Program-made: the position numbers and the translations under genes
Notes under the pieces: model-generated
What the model saw: the letters and a program-made list of their open reading frames with translations, nothing else
Databases searched by the model: none
What the model was told of the DNA's origin: nothing
Shown here: positions 29,269-39,650 of the stretch, piece by piece
Numbering within the stretch: the first letter of the stretch is position 1
Layout of the letters: each line of letters begins with the position of its first letter
Assembly: GCA_963766305.1 (NCBI GenBank)
Contig: CAVYAE010000034.1
Location: 202,041 to 266,040, forward strand
Origin: an uncultured Bacteroidota bacterium
GTDB taxonomy: Bacteria > Bacteroidota > Bacteroidia > Bacteroidales > JAAUTT01
Length of the DNA stretch: 64,000 nucleotides
Direction of reading: 5' to 3'

Positions 29269-29295
29269 ATTTGAATAAATAACAGAGCTTATTAA

Positions 29296-30564
29296 ATGTC
29301 ACAAAAACCTTCAGGATTTAAATCAACGTTCCGGTCATTAAAATACAGGAATTTCAGGTTATTTTTCGGAGGTCAGGGTATCTCGCTTATTGGAACATGG
29401 ATACAGAGGATAGCCATGCCATGGTTGGTTTATGATATTACAAAATCTGTATTGTTACTGGGAGTAGTTGGTTTTATCGGTCAGGTCCCCACCTTTCTCC
29501 TGGCACCTTTTGCAGGAGTAATTACGGACAGGTTGAACCGTTTCCATATACTTGTCATGACCCAGGTACTGGCAATGCTTCAGGCAGGTATTCTGACCTG
29601 GCTGGTTTTAACCGGTTCTGTTCAGATTTGGCATATATTGGTTTTGAGTGGATTTCTCGGATGTATAAATGCATTTGATATCCCTTCCCGCCAGTCATTT
29701 ATAATTCAATTAGTTGATAAAAAGGAAGATTTAAGCAACGCCATAGCCCTTAATTCCTCAATGGTGAATATTGCCAGGCTTATAGGGCCATCTGTGGCGG
29801 GAATACTGATTTCTATAGCAGGAGAAGGTATATGTTTCCTTATAAATTCTCTTAGTTATATTTTTGTTTTAATGTCACTTTTCCTAATGAGAGTGACTCC
29901 AAAAGAAATCAAAAAATCGGGCAACCCAATATTAAAGGAATTCCGGGAAGGCTTTTCATATACCTTTGGGTTTGCACCTATACGTTACATAATATTATTG
30001 CTGGCATTGGTAAGTTTAATGGGTATGCCATATACAGTGCTGATGCCTGTCTTTGCTAAGGAAATTCTTCATGGCGGTTCCCATACTTTTGGCTTTTTAA
30101 TGGGGGCTACAGGCGTGGGTGCATTGACTGGCGCACTCTACCTGGCTTCAAGGAGAAGCACTGCCGGTCTGGAAAAGATCATCCCTTTAGCAGCAGGTAT
30201 ATTTGGTATCGGGCTTATTTGCTTTTCCTTTTCCAGGTTATTATTTCTTTCATTAATTTTACTGGTTATAACCGGTTTAGGTTTTATGCTACAGGGAGCT
30301 TCCAGCAACACTATGCTTCAGACTATAACAGATGACAACAAACGTGGACGTGTGATGAGCTTTTATACCATGGCCTTCATGGGTACTGCACCCTTTGGCA
30401 GTCTTATAGCAGGCAGTGTTGCCAAAGTATTCGGAGCTCCTTACACTTTGCTCATTGGAGGAATTTTCTGTGTGGCCGGGGCTATTATATTTAGTTATAA
30501 ACTGCCTGCCATAACATTAGCAATAAATAAAAAGAGGGTCGAAAAAGAAACCCTGGTTGTATAA
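29296..30564 (+). CDS. MFS transporter (12 TM)
   Basis: Hydrophobicity pattern; GVITDRLNRF loop motif typical of MFS between TM2 and TM3. Confidence 0.85.
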   Translation: MSQKPSGFKSTFRSLKYRNFRLFFGGQGISLIGTWIQRIAMPWLVYDITKSVLLLGVVGFIGQVPTFLLAPFAGVITDRLNRFHILVMTQVLAMLQAGILTWLVLTGSVQIWHILVLSGFLGCINAFDIPSRQSFIIQLVDKKEDLSNAIALNSSMVNIARLIGPSVAGILISIAGEGICFLINSLSYIFVLMSLFLMRVTPKEIKKSGNPILKEFREGFSYTFGFAPIRYIILLLALVSLMGMPYTVLMPVFAKEILHGGSHTFGFLMGATGVGALTGALYLASRRSTAGLEKIIPLAAGIFGIGLICFSFSRLLFLSLILLVITGLGFMLQGASSNTMLQTITDDNKRGRVMSFYTMAFMGTAPFGSLIAGSVAKVFGAPYTLLIGGIFCVAGAIIFSYKLPAITLAINKKRVEKETLVV

Positions 30565-30568
30565 CAAT

Positions 30569-32665
30569 TTATTTCACAACAGATCCATTGTCAGTTTTAC
30601 TTTTAGGCACCACGAAAATTAATTTCCCTGTAAGGTCCTCAGCAAGAAGTATCATGCCCTGAGATTCAATACCTTTAATCTTGCGTGGCTCAAGATTAAC
30701 GAGGACACATACCTGCATACCAGGTAGTTCCTCAGGAGTAAAATATTCGGATATGCCCGAAACAATGGTTCTTGTATCTATTCCGGTGTCAACTGTAAGT
30801 TTCATTAGTTTAGTAGTTTTGGCTACCTTTTCAGCTTCAAGGATTGTACCCGTGCGTATATCCATTGCTGAAAAATCATCAAAACTGACATTAGATTTTT
30901 GTGGAAGTGCTTTGGAATTTTTAATCCCGTTCTCTGTCTTTATCCTTGCCAGCCTTTGCAGTTGGATGTTTATTTCTTCATCTTCAATTTTCTCAAATAA
31001 TAACCCCGGAACGCCCAGTTTATGCGTAGCCTGCAATAAGTTTAGAGGATTACACCCGTTGTTCGTTGAATTGTCATGAATTTCTTCTGTTTTTATTTTC
31101 TCATCTGATCCGAATGAATTCCAATTTTGCTTTTCAGAATCCAGATTAATCATATGGCAAAGTTTTTTAGATGTAAAAGGCAAAAAAGGTTCACAAAGAA
31201 TAGTTATGGCAGTGGTAATTTGCAGACTTATGTTTATGACTGTTTTCACCCTTTCAGGGTTCGTTTTAATAAGCTTCCATGGCTCCTGGTCAGCTAAATA
31301 TTTGTTACCCAGTCTGGACAGGTTCATGAATTCTTTAAGTGCTTCTCTGAATTTAAATTCTTCCAAATTGTCTTCAATATTTCTTTTTATAATAATGATC
31401 TGTGATAAAATATCTTTATCAGCATCGGTCAATGGTCCTCTTTCGGGAACAAATCCCTCATAATAACTGGAAGTGAGAACAAGGGTTCTGTTCACAAAAT
31501 TGCCTAAAATAGCTACCAGCTCATTATTATTCCTTGCCTGAAAATCCTTCCAGGTGAAATCATTATCTTTTGTTTCCGGTGCGTTGGCACAAAGAGAATA
31601 TCGCAGTACATCTTCTTTTCCGGGAAAATCCTCAAGGTATTCATGCAGCCAGATAGCCCAGTTACGGGATGTGGAAATTTTATCTCCTTCAAGGTTAAGA
31701 AATTCATTGGCAGGTACATTGGCAGGAAGTATGTAGGTACCTTCGGCGTGCAGCATGGCGGGAAAAATTATACAATGAAATACAATGTTGTCCTTTCCAA
31801 TAAAATGCACCAGGCAGGTTTCCTTATCCTTCCAGTATTTCTCCCAGTCGCTTGTTAATTCCTTTGTTGCTGAAATATATCCTATTGGTGCGTCGAACCA
31901 TACATATAGTACTTTTCCGCTGGCGCCTTCTACCGGAACAGGTATGCCCCAGTCCAGGTCGCGGCTCACCGCACGGGCCTGCAGTCCCTGGTCGAGCCAT
32001 GATTTGCACTGACCATAAACATTTGTCTTCCAGTTTTTATTATCAACAAGTATCCAGTTGCGGAGAAATGTCTCGTATTTATCCAAAGGAAGATACCAAT
32101 GACTGGTACTTTTCAAAACAGGTTTATTACCACTTAACATCGAACGCGGGTTAATCAGATCAGTAGCATTGAGTGATGTCCCGCATTTTTCACACTGGTC
32201 CCCATATGCATTTTCATTGCCACAAATGGGACAGGTGCCTGTAATGTAGCGGTCTGCAAGGAACATCTGTTCCTGCTGGTCATAATACTGGTCATTGGAC
32301 TTTTCTATAAATTCACCCTTTTCGTATAAAGTCCTGAAAAAACCTGAAGCAGTCTCATAATGAACCGGTGAGGTTGTTCTTGAATATATATCGAAGGATA
32401 TTCCAAACTTTTCAAATGAAGTTTTTATAAGTTCATGGTATTTATCTACAATTTCCTGTGGCTTTACTCCTTCCTGCCTGGCTTTGATCGTTATAGGCAC
32501 TCCGTGTTCATCTGATCCTCCGATGAAAATAACATCCCTTTTTCTGAGACGAAGATAACGTACATAAATATCAGCAGGTACATATACTCCGGCCAGATGT
32601 CCTATATGAACGGGGCCATTGGCATATGGAAGTGCAGATGTAATTAAATATCGTTTGTAAGCCAT
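30569..32665 (-). CDS. metG: methionine--tRNA ligase with C-terminal tRNA-binding domain
   Basis: [14 protein letters not shown] (HIGH), KISTSRNW (KMSKS-type), Zn knuckle CPICG...CEKCG, C-terminal EMAP-like domain. Confidence 0.95.
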   Translation of the reverse strand: MAYKRYLITSALPYANGPVHIGHLAGVYVPADIYVRYLRLRKRDVIFIGGSDEHGVPITIKARQEGVKPQEIVDKYHELIKTSFEKFGISFDIYSRTTSPVHYETASGFFRTLYEKGEFIEKSNDQYYDQQEQMFLADRYITGTCPICGNENAYGDQCEKCGTSLNATDLINPRSMLSGNKPVLKSTSHWYLPLDKYETFLRNWILVDNKNWKTNVYGQCKSWLDQGLQARAVSRDLDWGIPVPVEGASGKVLYVWFDAPIGYISATKELTSDWEKYWKDKETCLVHFIGKDNIVFHCIIFPAMLHAEGTYILPANVPANEFLNLEGDKISTSRNWAIWLHEYLEDFPGKEDVLRYSLCANAPETKDNDFTWKDFQARNNNELVAILGNFVNRTLVLTSSYYEGFVPERGPLTDADKDILSQIIIIKRNIEDNLEEFKFREALKEFMNLSRLGNKYLADQEPWKLIKTNPERVKTVINISLQITTAITILCEPFLPFTSKKLCHMINLDSEKQNWNSFGSDEKIKTEEIHDNSTNNGCNPLNLLQATHKLGVPGLLFEKIEDEEINIQLQRLARIKTENGIKNSKALPQKSNVSFDDFSAMDIRTGTILEAEKVAKTTKLMKLTVDTGIDTRTIVSGISEYFTPEELPGMQVCVLVNLEPRKIKGIESQGMILLAEDLTGKLIFVVPKSKTDNGSVVK

Positions 32666-32736
32666 TTGTAATAATTATAAATAATGGTATGTTTGTTATA
32701 TAAAAACCAAATACCACAAATATAAGAGAAAATACA

Positions 32737-33642
32737 ATGACTTCACCCTTGCCTCTAAAAGAGGGGGATAAAATAGGCATCATTGCTCCATCCCGTAAAA
32801 TTAAACCGGAAGATTTATCTGAATTTACCAAATTTATTACCTCATGGGGTTATCAGGTTGTGTTTGGCAGAAATTTATTCAGTCAACACAACCAGTTTGG
32901 AGGAACAGATGAAGAAAGAGCTGACGATTTCAAACAAATGATTTCAAATAAGGAGATAAAGGCAGTTATTTGCGGACGGGGGGGCTATGGCACTATTCGT
33001 ATCCTGGATAAACTCGATGGATTAGCTATAAAGGACAATCCGAAATGGATTATCGGATTTAGTGATTTCACAGTAATGCATTCCTATTATAACAAAATTT
33101 CAGAATGTGAGTCCATACATTCTGATATGCCTGTAAACTTTACCAAAGAGAGTATGCTGAACCCTTCATGGCTAAAATTAAGAAGCCTGCTCCAGGGAAA
33201 TTTAGTTAAGTATGATATACCTGCACACCCGCTAAACCGTTCCGGAAATGCTCAAGGCATGCTTGTAGGAGGTAATTTATCCGTATTGTATAGTTTACGT
33301 GGCACTGATTTTGATTTGGATACGGAAGGCAGAATTTTATTTATTGAGGATCTTGATGAATATTTGTATCATATTGACCGTATGATGATGAATTTTAAAA
33401 TAGGTGGATTGTTAAAAAATCTGAGAGGACTTGTCGTAGGTTATTTTACAAACATGAAAGATAATAAAATACCTTTTGGGAAAGAGGCTTATGAGATTAT
33501 ATATGATGCCATTAAGGATTATTCATACCCTGTTGTTTTTAACTTCCCCGCAGGTCATGATAATCCAAATATGCCACTGGTATTGGGAAGAAATATTACT
33601 CTGGAGGTAAATGAAAACTCAGGTAAAATTATTTTTCTATAA
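32737..33642 (+). CDS. ldcA: LD-carboxypeptidase (peptidase S66)
   Basis: GDKIGIIAPS, RADDF, IICGRGGYG, GFSDFT (Ser nucleophile), FPAGH motifs. Confidence 0.85.
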   Translation: MTSPLPLKEGDKIGIIAPSRKIKPEDLSEFTKFITSWGYQVVFGRNLFSQHNQFGGTDEERADDFKQMISNKEIKAVICGRGGYGTIRILDKLDGLAIKDNPKWIIGFSDFTVMHSYYNKISECESIHSDMPVNFTKESMLNPSWLKLRSLLQGNLVKYDIPAHPLNRSGNAQGMLVGGNLSVLYSLRGTDFDLDTEGRILFIEDLDEYLYHIDRMMMNFKIGGLLKNLRGLVVGYFTNMKDNKIPFGKEAYEIIYDAIKDYSYPVVFNFPAGHDNPNMPLVLGRNITLEVNENSGKIIFL

Positions 33643-33706
33643 ATAAATTTTCAACTACTTCCAGGTATTATAGTTTTCAAATGACCCTTTACAAAACTTC
33701 TTCTAC

Positions 33707-33874
33707 CCTGCTATCATGTAATCCTGCATATCTGCTACCCTGCTTTCCCGGTGTCCTGCCTGTCTGCTAACCTGCTTTCCCGGTGTCCTGCCTGTCTGCT
33801 GTCCTGCTTTCCCATTATACTGCCTGTCTGCTTTCCCGGTGTCCTGCCTGTCTGCTAACCTGCTTTCCTGATAA
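33707..33874. repeat. 21 in-phase degenerate octamers (higher-order 32-bp unit TCTGCTNN CCTGCTTT CCCGGTGT CCTGCCTG), C-rich on + strand
   Basis: Parsed by hand; one unit lacks 8 nt at about 33827; lies between convergent genes. Confidence 0.85.
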
Positions 33875-33888
33875 ATTCCTTTAATACT

Positions 33889-34581
33889 TTAATTTAAAAG
33901 ACATTTATAGTCCCCGGGAATTTTATATACATTAAGGTTTACGTGCATATATTGAATATTTATTACTGATGTCCGCGATTTTTCATCCCCGGACATTGTG
34001 CGTTCAATAATTAAAATAGGTATATAACCCGAATTACCCGGGAATAGATTAAAGTAACCGCATAATTGGGAATAATCCTCAGTTTTACTCAGTAATTCCA
34101 TTACCCGGCTATAAAATGTAAAATTGGAATTACTGACCCATAAGGCAACTTCAGTATTAAAGTTGTTATTTTTGGCCTTCCATTGCTGGCACTTATAACC
34201 ATTAATTATTTTAATCACTCCTGTTTTAGTTATTATCACATCCTTATAAGGATATACGTGATTTTTAAAAATACTGGTGTATAATTTATGGGAAGGACTC
34301 ATGGCAATGATACTTCTTGCTGAAATATCAATAATTAAACTTTGAATTATTTGTTTGGATGTATTTTTTTCATCTATTCTTACAAGGTTGCTTTTAACTG
34401 TGTATGAGTAAAAAAAAGTGTCGTAAACTGTTTGTTTTACAAAGTTTATTGTGCCTTCGAAATTACCGGAAGAATTTTTTTGTGCCATTCCTGTATAATG
34501 CAACAGAACCAGGAAGAAGCTGATTATCCATATTATTTTTACCGTTGAATTGTAGTATTTTGGCTTTATATTATATGTCAT
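33889..34581 (-). CDS. hypothetical secreted protein
   Basis: Signal peptide (IWIISFFLVLLHYTGMAQ); coding-like composition; family not confidently recognised. Confidence 0.5.
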   Translation of the reverse strand: MTYNIKPKYYNSTVKIIWIISFFLVLLHYTGMAQKNSSGNFEGTINFVKQTVYDTFFYSYTVKSNLVRIDEKNTSKQIIQSLIIDISARSIIAMSPSHKLYTSIFKNHVYPYKDVIITKTGVIKIINGYKCQQWKAKNNNFNTEVALWVSNSNFTFYSRVMELLSKTEDYSQLCGYFNLFPGNSGYIPILIIERTMSGDEKSRTSVINIQYMHVNLNVYKIPGDYKCLLN

Positions 34582-34799
34582 CAGACTGTAAACAATTTTA
34601 ACTATATAATCATTTTTTATAAATTTACATTATAATAACATACCACTTATAAATAAAGTTTTTATAAATAAAGCCTGTAATGTTAAATTTTGTCTGTAAC
34701 ATTCTATGATTAAATCCACTTTTAATATCAAAAGAACATGTTTAAGTTTAAACACAAACACGAATGAACCGCAATTATGATCATACCAAATATTAAGGG

Positions 34800-35165
34800 A
34801 TGAAATCTCCAAAGGAAAAAGGTGACCTGGCAGAAGATATTGCTGTTAAGTATTTGGAAAATAAAGGGTATATAATTATTGCACGAAACTGGTATCATCA
34901 CCACCACGAACTGGATGTAATTGCCAGAAAAGAAAATATGCTTGTGGTAATTGAAATTAAAAGCCTTATAAACAACTATTTTAGAGAACCTTATAATGGC
35001 GTGACCGTTAAAAAACAACAAATGATTATATCAGCAGCTAATGCGTTTATTCTTAAAAATAATATAATTGAAGAAGTAAGATTTGATGTTATTTCAATAA
35101 CCTACAATTCGAATAAACCTGAAGTTTATCATCTGGAAAATGCATTTTATCCGCATGTAAAGTAA
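34800..35165 (+). CDS. yraN: YraN-family (UPF0102) endonuclease-like protein
   Basis: GDLAEDIAVKYLENKGYIIIARNW...ELDVIA...LVVIEIK pattern. Confidence 0.8.
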   Translation: MKSPKEKGDLAEDIAVKYLENKGYIIIARNWYHHHHELDVIARKENMLVVIEIKSLINNYFREPYNGVTVKKQQMIISAANAFILKNNIIEEVRFDVISITYNSNKPEVYHLENAFYPHVK

Positions 35166-35223
35166 ATAATTCAATTCAAATATGATATCTTTTAATTTAT
35201 AAACCCTATTAAATATTTTTAAA

Positions 35224-35820
35224 ATGAAGGAACAAACCGGATTTAACCTATTTATCAAAAAACTTGTCAATTACTTTTTACAGGGGTTGCTTTATGTATC
35301 TCCCCTAGGAATTACAATATATGTTATTATATATGTATTTAACCAGGTGGATGGCATTCTCCTGCCATTGATCAGAGATTACACCCACATTAAAATTCCA
35401 GGGCTGGGTGCAATTCTTATGGTTCTGTTGATTACCATTCTTGGTTATTTTGGACAATCAGTGTTAGGCCGTCCGTTTAAACTTGTTGTAGAACGAATCC
35501 TTCAAAGAGCTCCCATATTAAATATGGTTTATACTTCCATCAGGGATTTTATGGAAGCTTTCGTTGGCAAGGAGAAAAAGTTTAATCAGCCGGTTTTAAT
35601 AAAGATAGGGGCTACTTCCGAGGTTGAACGTATGGGATTCATAACCCAAAATGATCTTACAGAACTGTCCATAAAAGAAAAAGTAGCTGTTTACATACCG
35701 TTTGCATATGCTTTTTCCGGGGAATTATATATAGTTCCGTCCTCTTATGTGACCTTCGTTAATGTTTCTGCAGGTGAGTGGATGAAATTTATAATTTCAG
35801 GAGGAATTACAAAAGTATAA
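35224..35820 (+). CDS. DUF502-family membrane protein
   Basis: Two N-terminal TMs and the conserved IPGLG motif. Confidence 0.7.
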   Translation: MKEQTGFNLFIKKLVNYFLQGLLYVSPLGITIYVIIYVFNQVDGILLPLIRDYTHIKIPGLGAILMVLLITILGYFGQSVLGRPFKLVVERILQRAPILNMVYTSIRDFMEAFVGKEKKFNQPVLIKIGATSEVERMGFITQNDLTELSIKEKVAVYIPFAYAFSGELYIVPSSYVTFVNVSAGEWMKFIISGGITKV

Positions 35821-36245
35821 CACCCCAAGATTAGTGGTCGTTGGAAATGTTTGTGGACAAAATACCGATGTTGGTGTAATAATATTAGATATTTTAATTT
35901 TATCAGACAAATTTGAATCTATTACTCAGAATTTACGTATTTACATTAAATTCTAATATATAATAAAATGGAAACTTGTGAATATATAAATTTTGATTTC
36001 AAGTGTATCGGAGAAACAAGTATAATGAAACCTTTACTTAGAAGCCAGCAATATATTACCATTGAATTCGAACAGGCAAATTCAAGAGATATTTGTTTAT
36101 ATTGCCATGGTACTATAGACGATATGGCATTATTGATTCTTGCAATGCCAAATTAATACCTGCTACTTAGGATTTTCATAAGCTGAACAGGTTTTAGATG
36201 TTTTCTATGCCCTTTCCTGCTTTCATGAATCCTTCTATCCTAACA

Positions 36246-37085
36246 TTATATAACAAAATTGATAGGCTCTATGAATTGTTTTGAATCACGAATAACAATA
36301 GATGGTTTGTGATAAACTACTGAAAATGGCATGACACTTTCTGTAATCCATGAATTTCCTCCAACAACAGTATCGTGTCCGATAGTTGTTTGACCACCTA
36401 ATATGGTGCTTCCCGCATAAATTATTACATTATCCTCAATAGTAGGGTGCCTTTTAACGTTCGCAAGTTCCTTACCTACATATAAAGCACCTAAAGTAAC
36501 ACCCTGGTAAATTTTGACATTATTTCCAATAATACAGGTTTCCCCAATAACAATACCTGTTCCGTGATCTATAAAAAAATTGTCTCCAATTTCAGCACCG
36601 GGATGAATATCTATGCCTGTTTTAGTGTGTGCAAATTCGGAAATAACCCTTGGTAAAACAGGTATATTCATCTTATAAAGGATATGCGACAGCCGGTAGA
36701 TTGATAAAGCATAGTAACCAGGATAACATAATATTATCTCTTCGGGGCATTTTGCTGCCGGATCGAATTTAAGATATGCCTCCGCATCTTGTAATAGATT
36801 GTCATATAGTATGGAAACGGAAGTAAAAAATTCTTCGGCCAATACTTCAACCTGCTTGTCCAAAGCAGGCCGAAGTGGCACAACCAATGCTTTAAACTGA
36901 CTTTGTATATCTTCCCACTTTGCTTCAATATGTACTATGCTTGTACTTTTTTCTGCACGTATAGGAAAAAGAAAATTTATTATTTCATTTATAAAATGAT
37001 GCGTTTTTGCAAGTGAAGGCACCTCATTACAGTATGAAATAGTACGTGAGTGTATTTTTTTGGGGAAACCCTCTATTGAATCCAT
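36246..37085 (-). CDS. cysE: serine O-acetyltransferase (long N-terminal form)
   Basis: Hexapeptide repeats IDIHPGAEIGDNFFIDHGTGIVIGETCIIGNNVKIYQGVTLG. Confidence 0.85.
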   Translation of the reverse strand: MDSIEGFPKKIHSRTISYCNEVPSLAKTHHFINEIINFLFPIRAEKSTSIVHIEAKWEDIQSQFKALVVPLRPALDKQVEVLAEEFFTSVSILYDNLLQDAEAYLKFDPAAKCPEEIILCYPGYYALSIYRLSHILYKMNIPVLPRVISEFAHTKTGIDIHPGAEIGDNFFIDHGTGIVIGETCIIGNNVKIYQGVTLGALYVGKELANVKRHPTIEDNVIIYAGSTILGGQTTIGHDTVVGGNSWITESVMPFSVVYHKPSIVIRDSKQFIEPINFVI

Positions 37086-37101
37086 ATAATAATCAATTAA
37101 C

Positions 37102-38364
37102 TCAGCCTCTTATTGCTTTTATCCCCGGCAACTCCTTGCCTTCCATGTATTCCAGCATTGCTCCTCCTCCTGTTGATACATAGCTGACTTTGTCTGCCAG
37201 TTTGTTTTTATTTATAGCTGCTACAGAATCTCCACCGCCAATAAGGCTGAAAGCACCTTTGGTTGTGGCTCTGGCTATAGCCTGAGCAATTGCAGATGTC
37301 CCTGCAGCAAATTTATCCATTTCAAAAACTCCCATTGGACCGTTCCAAAGTATGGTTTTTGAATTTTCAATTACCTGGCTCATTATTTTTATGGATTCTT
37401 CTCCTATATCCAGGCCCATCCACCCATCAGGAGTTTCATCTATTTTGGATAGCCTCACATTGGCATCTGCTTTAAATTCATCCGCATTAACGGCATCTAC
37501 AGGCAGTACAACCCTGATTCCTTTTGATTTTGCCTTTTTGAGTATTTCAAGTGCAAGACCAAGCTGATCCTCTTCACACAAGGATTTACCAATTTTACCA
37601 CCCTGTGCCTTTATAAAGGTGTATGTCATTCCACCTCCGATAATGAGGTTATCCACCCTGTCCAGAAGATTTTCAATGATCAGTATCTTATCTGAAACTT
37701 TGGCACCTCCCATTATTGCGGTAAATGGTTTTTCCGCATTGAGAAGAATTTTATCCATAGCTTTTAATTCACTTTCAATGAGATAACCAAACATTCTGTC
37801 ATTTGGAAAGTATGCAGCGATCAATGCTGTTGATGCATGTGCACGGTGAGCGGTTCCAAATGCATCGTTGACATAACAGTCTGCATAACTTGCAAGCTGT
37901 TTGACAAAATTTTTCTGGCGATCTTTTACAAGGGCCTTTCCTGCTTTTTTTTCTTCATCAGTAGCATTTTCTGCCAGGTGGTATGGTTTTCCTTCCTCTT
38001 CTTCATAAAACCTGAGGTTTTCCAATAAAACAACATCCCCGGGTTTCATCGCAGAAGTTATCTTTTTTGCTTCTTCCCCGGCACAGTCATTGACAAATAT
38101 TACCTTTCTTCCTATAACTTTTTCAATTGCGGGTATAACATGTTTTAAAGAGTATTTGTCCTGAACCTTTCCATCCGGGCGGCCAAGATGTGACATAAGT
38201 ATTACTGAACCACCGTCACTTAGTATTTTATTAATTGTTGGCAGAGCTCCCCTGATACGGGTATCGTCTGTTACTTCAAAAGTTTGTTTGTTGAGCGGTA
38301 CATTAAAATCCACACGAACAATGGCTCTTTTGTTTTTAAAATTATAATTATCAATAGTTTGCAT
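37102..38364 (-). CDS. pgk: phosphoglycerate kinase
   Basis: [21 protein letters not shown] motifs. Confidence 0.95.
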   Translation of the reverse strand: MQTIDNYNFKNKRAIVRVDFNVPLNKQTFEVTDDTRIRGALPTINKILSDGGSVILMSHLGRPDGKVQDKYSLKHVIPAIEKVIGRKVIFVNDCAGEEAKKITSAMKPGDVVLLENLRFYEEEEGKPYHLAENATDEEKKAGKALVKDRQKNFVKQLASYADCYVNDAFGTAHRAHASTALIAAYFPNDRMFGYLIESELKAMDKILLNAEKPFTAIMGGAKVSDKILIIENLLDRVDNLIIGGGMTYTFIKAQGGKIGKSLCEEDQLGLALEILKKAKSKGIRVVLPVDAVNADEFKADANVRLSKIDETPDGWMGLDIGEESIKIMSQVIENSKTILWNGPMGVFEMDKFAAGTSAIAQAIARATTKGAFSLIGGGDSVAAINKNKLADKVSYVSTGGGAMLEYMEGKELPGIKAIRG

Positions 38365-38479
38365 ATATAAAATTTAAAGATTTATTTTGAATCCCAAAGT
38401 TAATCAATTTCCCCAAATTCAAATTTGGTTGATTTAAAATATAGTATTTTTGTTTGTTTATGTGTTTACTTTTATTCGA

Positions 38480-39607
38480 ATGACATTCAAAGATATTGCC
38501 GGGCATAGTGATATTAAAAAAAGGCTTATAAAATCAGCAAGGGACGGCAGAATTGCTCATGCCCAGTTATTCTTTGGGCCCGAAGGATCTGGTAACCTGG
38601 CACTTGCTTTGGCATATGCCCAGTATATTAATTGTACACAGCCATCAGAAGACGATTCATGTGGAATTTGCCCGTCATGCATTAAAAATCAGAAACTTAT
38701 ACATCCCGATTTACATTTTGCCTTTCCTGTGGCAACCGCAAAAAATACAGTCAAGGAACCTGTTAGTAATGATTATATGCCGCAATGGAGAGAGTTACTT
38801 TTACATTCCCCTTATATTTCACCTCAACAATGGTATGAAAAAATTGAACTTGAAAATAAACAGGGGATAATAAGCAAGAATGAAAGTCTTGAAATTATTC
38901 GTAAACTTAACCTAAAGCCATATGAATCTGAATATAAGATTATGATAATATGGTTGCCTGAAAAAATGAATATCTCTGCTGGCAATAAGCTTTTAAAAAT
39001 ACTGGAAGAACCGCCCGAAAAAACCCTGTTTCTGCTTGTCCCGGAAAATACCGAACCTATTCTCCGGACTATAATATCCAGGGCACAGCTTGTTATAGTT
39101 CCCAAGCTGAATAATGACGATATTTCTTCTTTTCTTCAACAAAAATTTAACCTGTCGCCTCAGCAGATTTCGGATATAGTTCAAATGGCAAATGGCAACA
39201 TTGGTAATGCCATATCAATTTATGAAAACAATAATGAAGATTCTTTTAATCTTGATAAATTCATTTCTTTAATGCGTTTAGCCTGGAGCAGGGATATTCC
39301 CGGTATTTTACAGTGGAGCGAGTCCCTGGCAGGAACAGGACGTGAACGTCAGAAAATTTTTTTACTTTATGCCTTGAGACTGGTCAGGTCGAATTATCTG
39401 ATGAATTGCCAGGTGCCTGAACTTTCAAGGTTAACACAAAAGGAATCTGAATTTTCTTCAAAATTTTTTAACTTTATTAACTCTGAAAATATTTCCTTTA
39501 TAAATGATGAGATCAATAAAGCATACACACATATTGAGTCAAATGCCAATAACAAGATTGTTTTTGTGGATATGGCTTTAAAATTTATCAGATTGTTAAG
39601 GATGTAA
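38480..39607 (+). CDS. holB: DNA polymerase III delta' subunit
   Basis: GHSDIKKRL...RIAHAQLFFGPEGSGNLALALAYAQYINC, Zn module CGICPSC, SRAQ sensor; start set at ATG 38480 (tracked ORF begins at an upstream TTG). Confidence 0.85.
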   Translation: MTFKDIAGHSDIKKRLIKSARDGRIAHAQLFFGPEGSGNLALALAYAQYINCTQPSEDDSCGICPSCIKNQKLIHPDLHFAFPVATAKNTVKEPVSNDYMPQWRELLLHSPYISPQQWYEKIELENKQGIISKNESLEIIRKLNLKPYESEYKIMIIWLPEKMNISAGNKLLKILEEPPEKTLFLLVPENTEPILRTIISRAQLVIVPKLNNDDISSFLQQKFNLSPQQISDIVQMANGNIGNAISIYENNNEDSFNLDKFISLMRLAWSRDIPGILQWSESLAGTGRERQKIFLLYALRLVRSNYLMNCQVPELSRLTQKESEFSSKFFNFINSENISFINDEINKAYTHIESNANNKIVFVDMALKFIRLLRM

Positions 39608-39650
39608 TTTTGACTATTTTTGCAAACCAATTAAACATAAATGAAAATTC

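Noticed and set aside
34630-35021. Two minus-strand ORFs (60 and 97 aa) around the yraN start
   Set aside because: One is antisense to the well-supported yraN gene and the other lies in AT-rich spacer. Neither has motifs.
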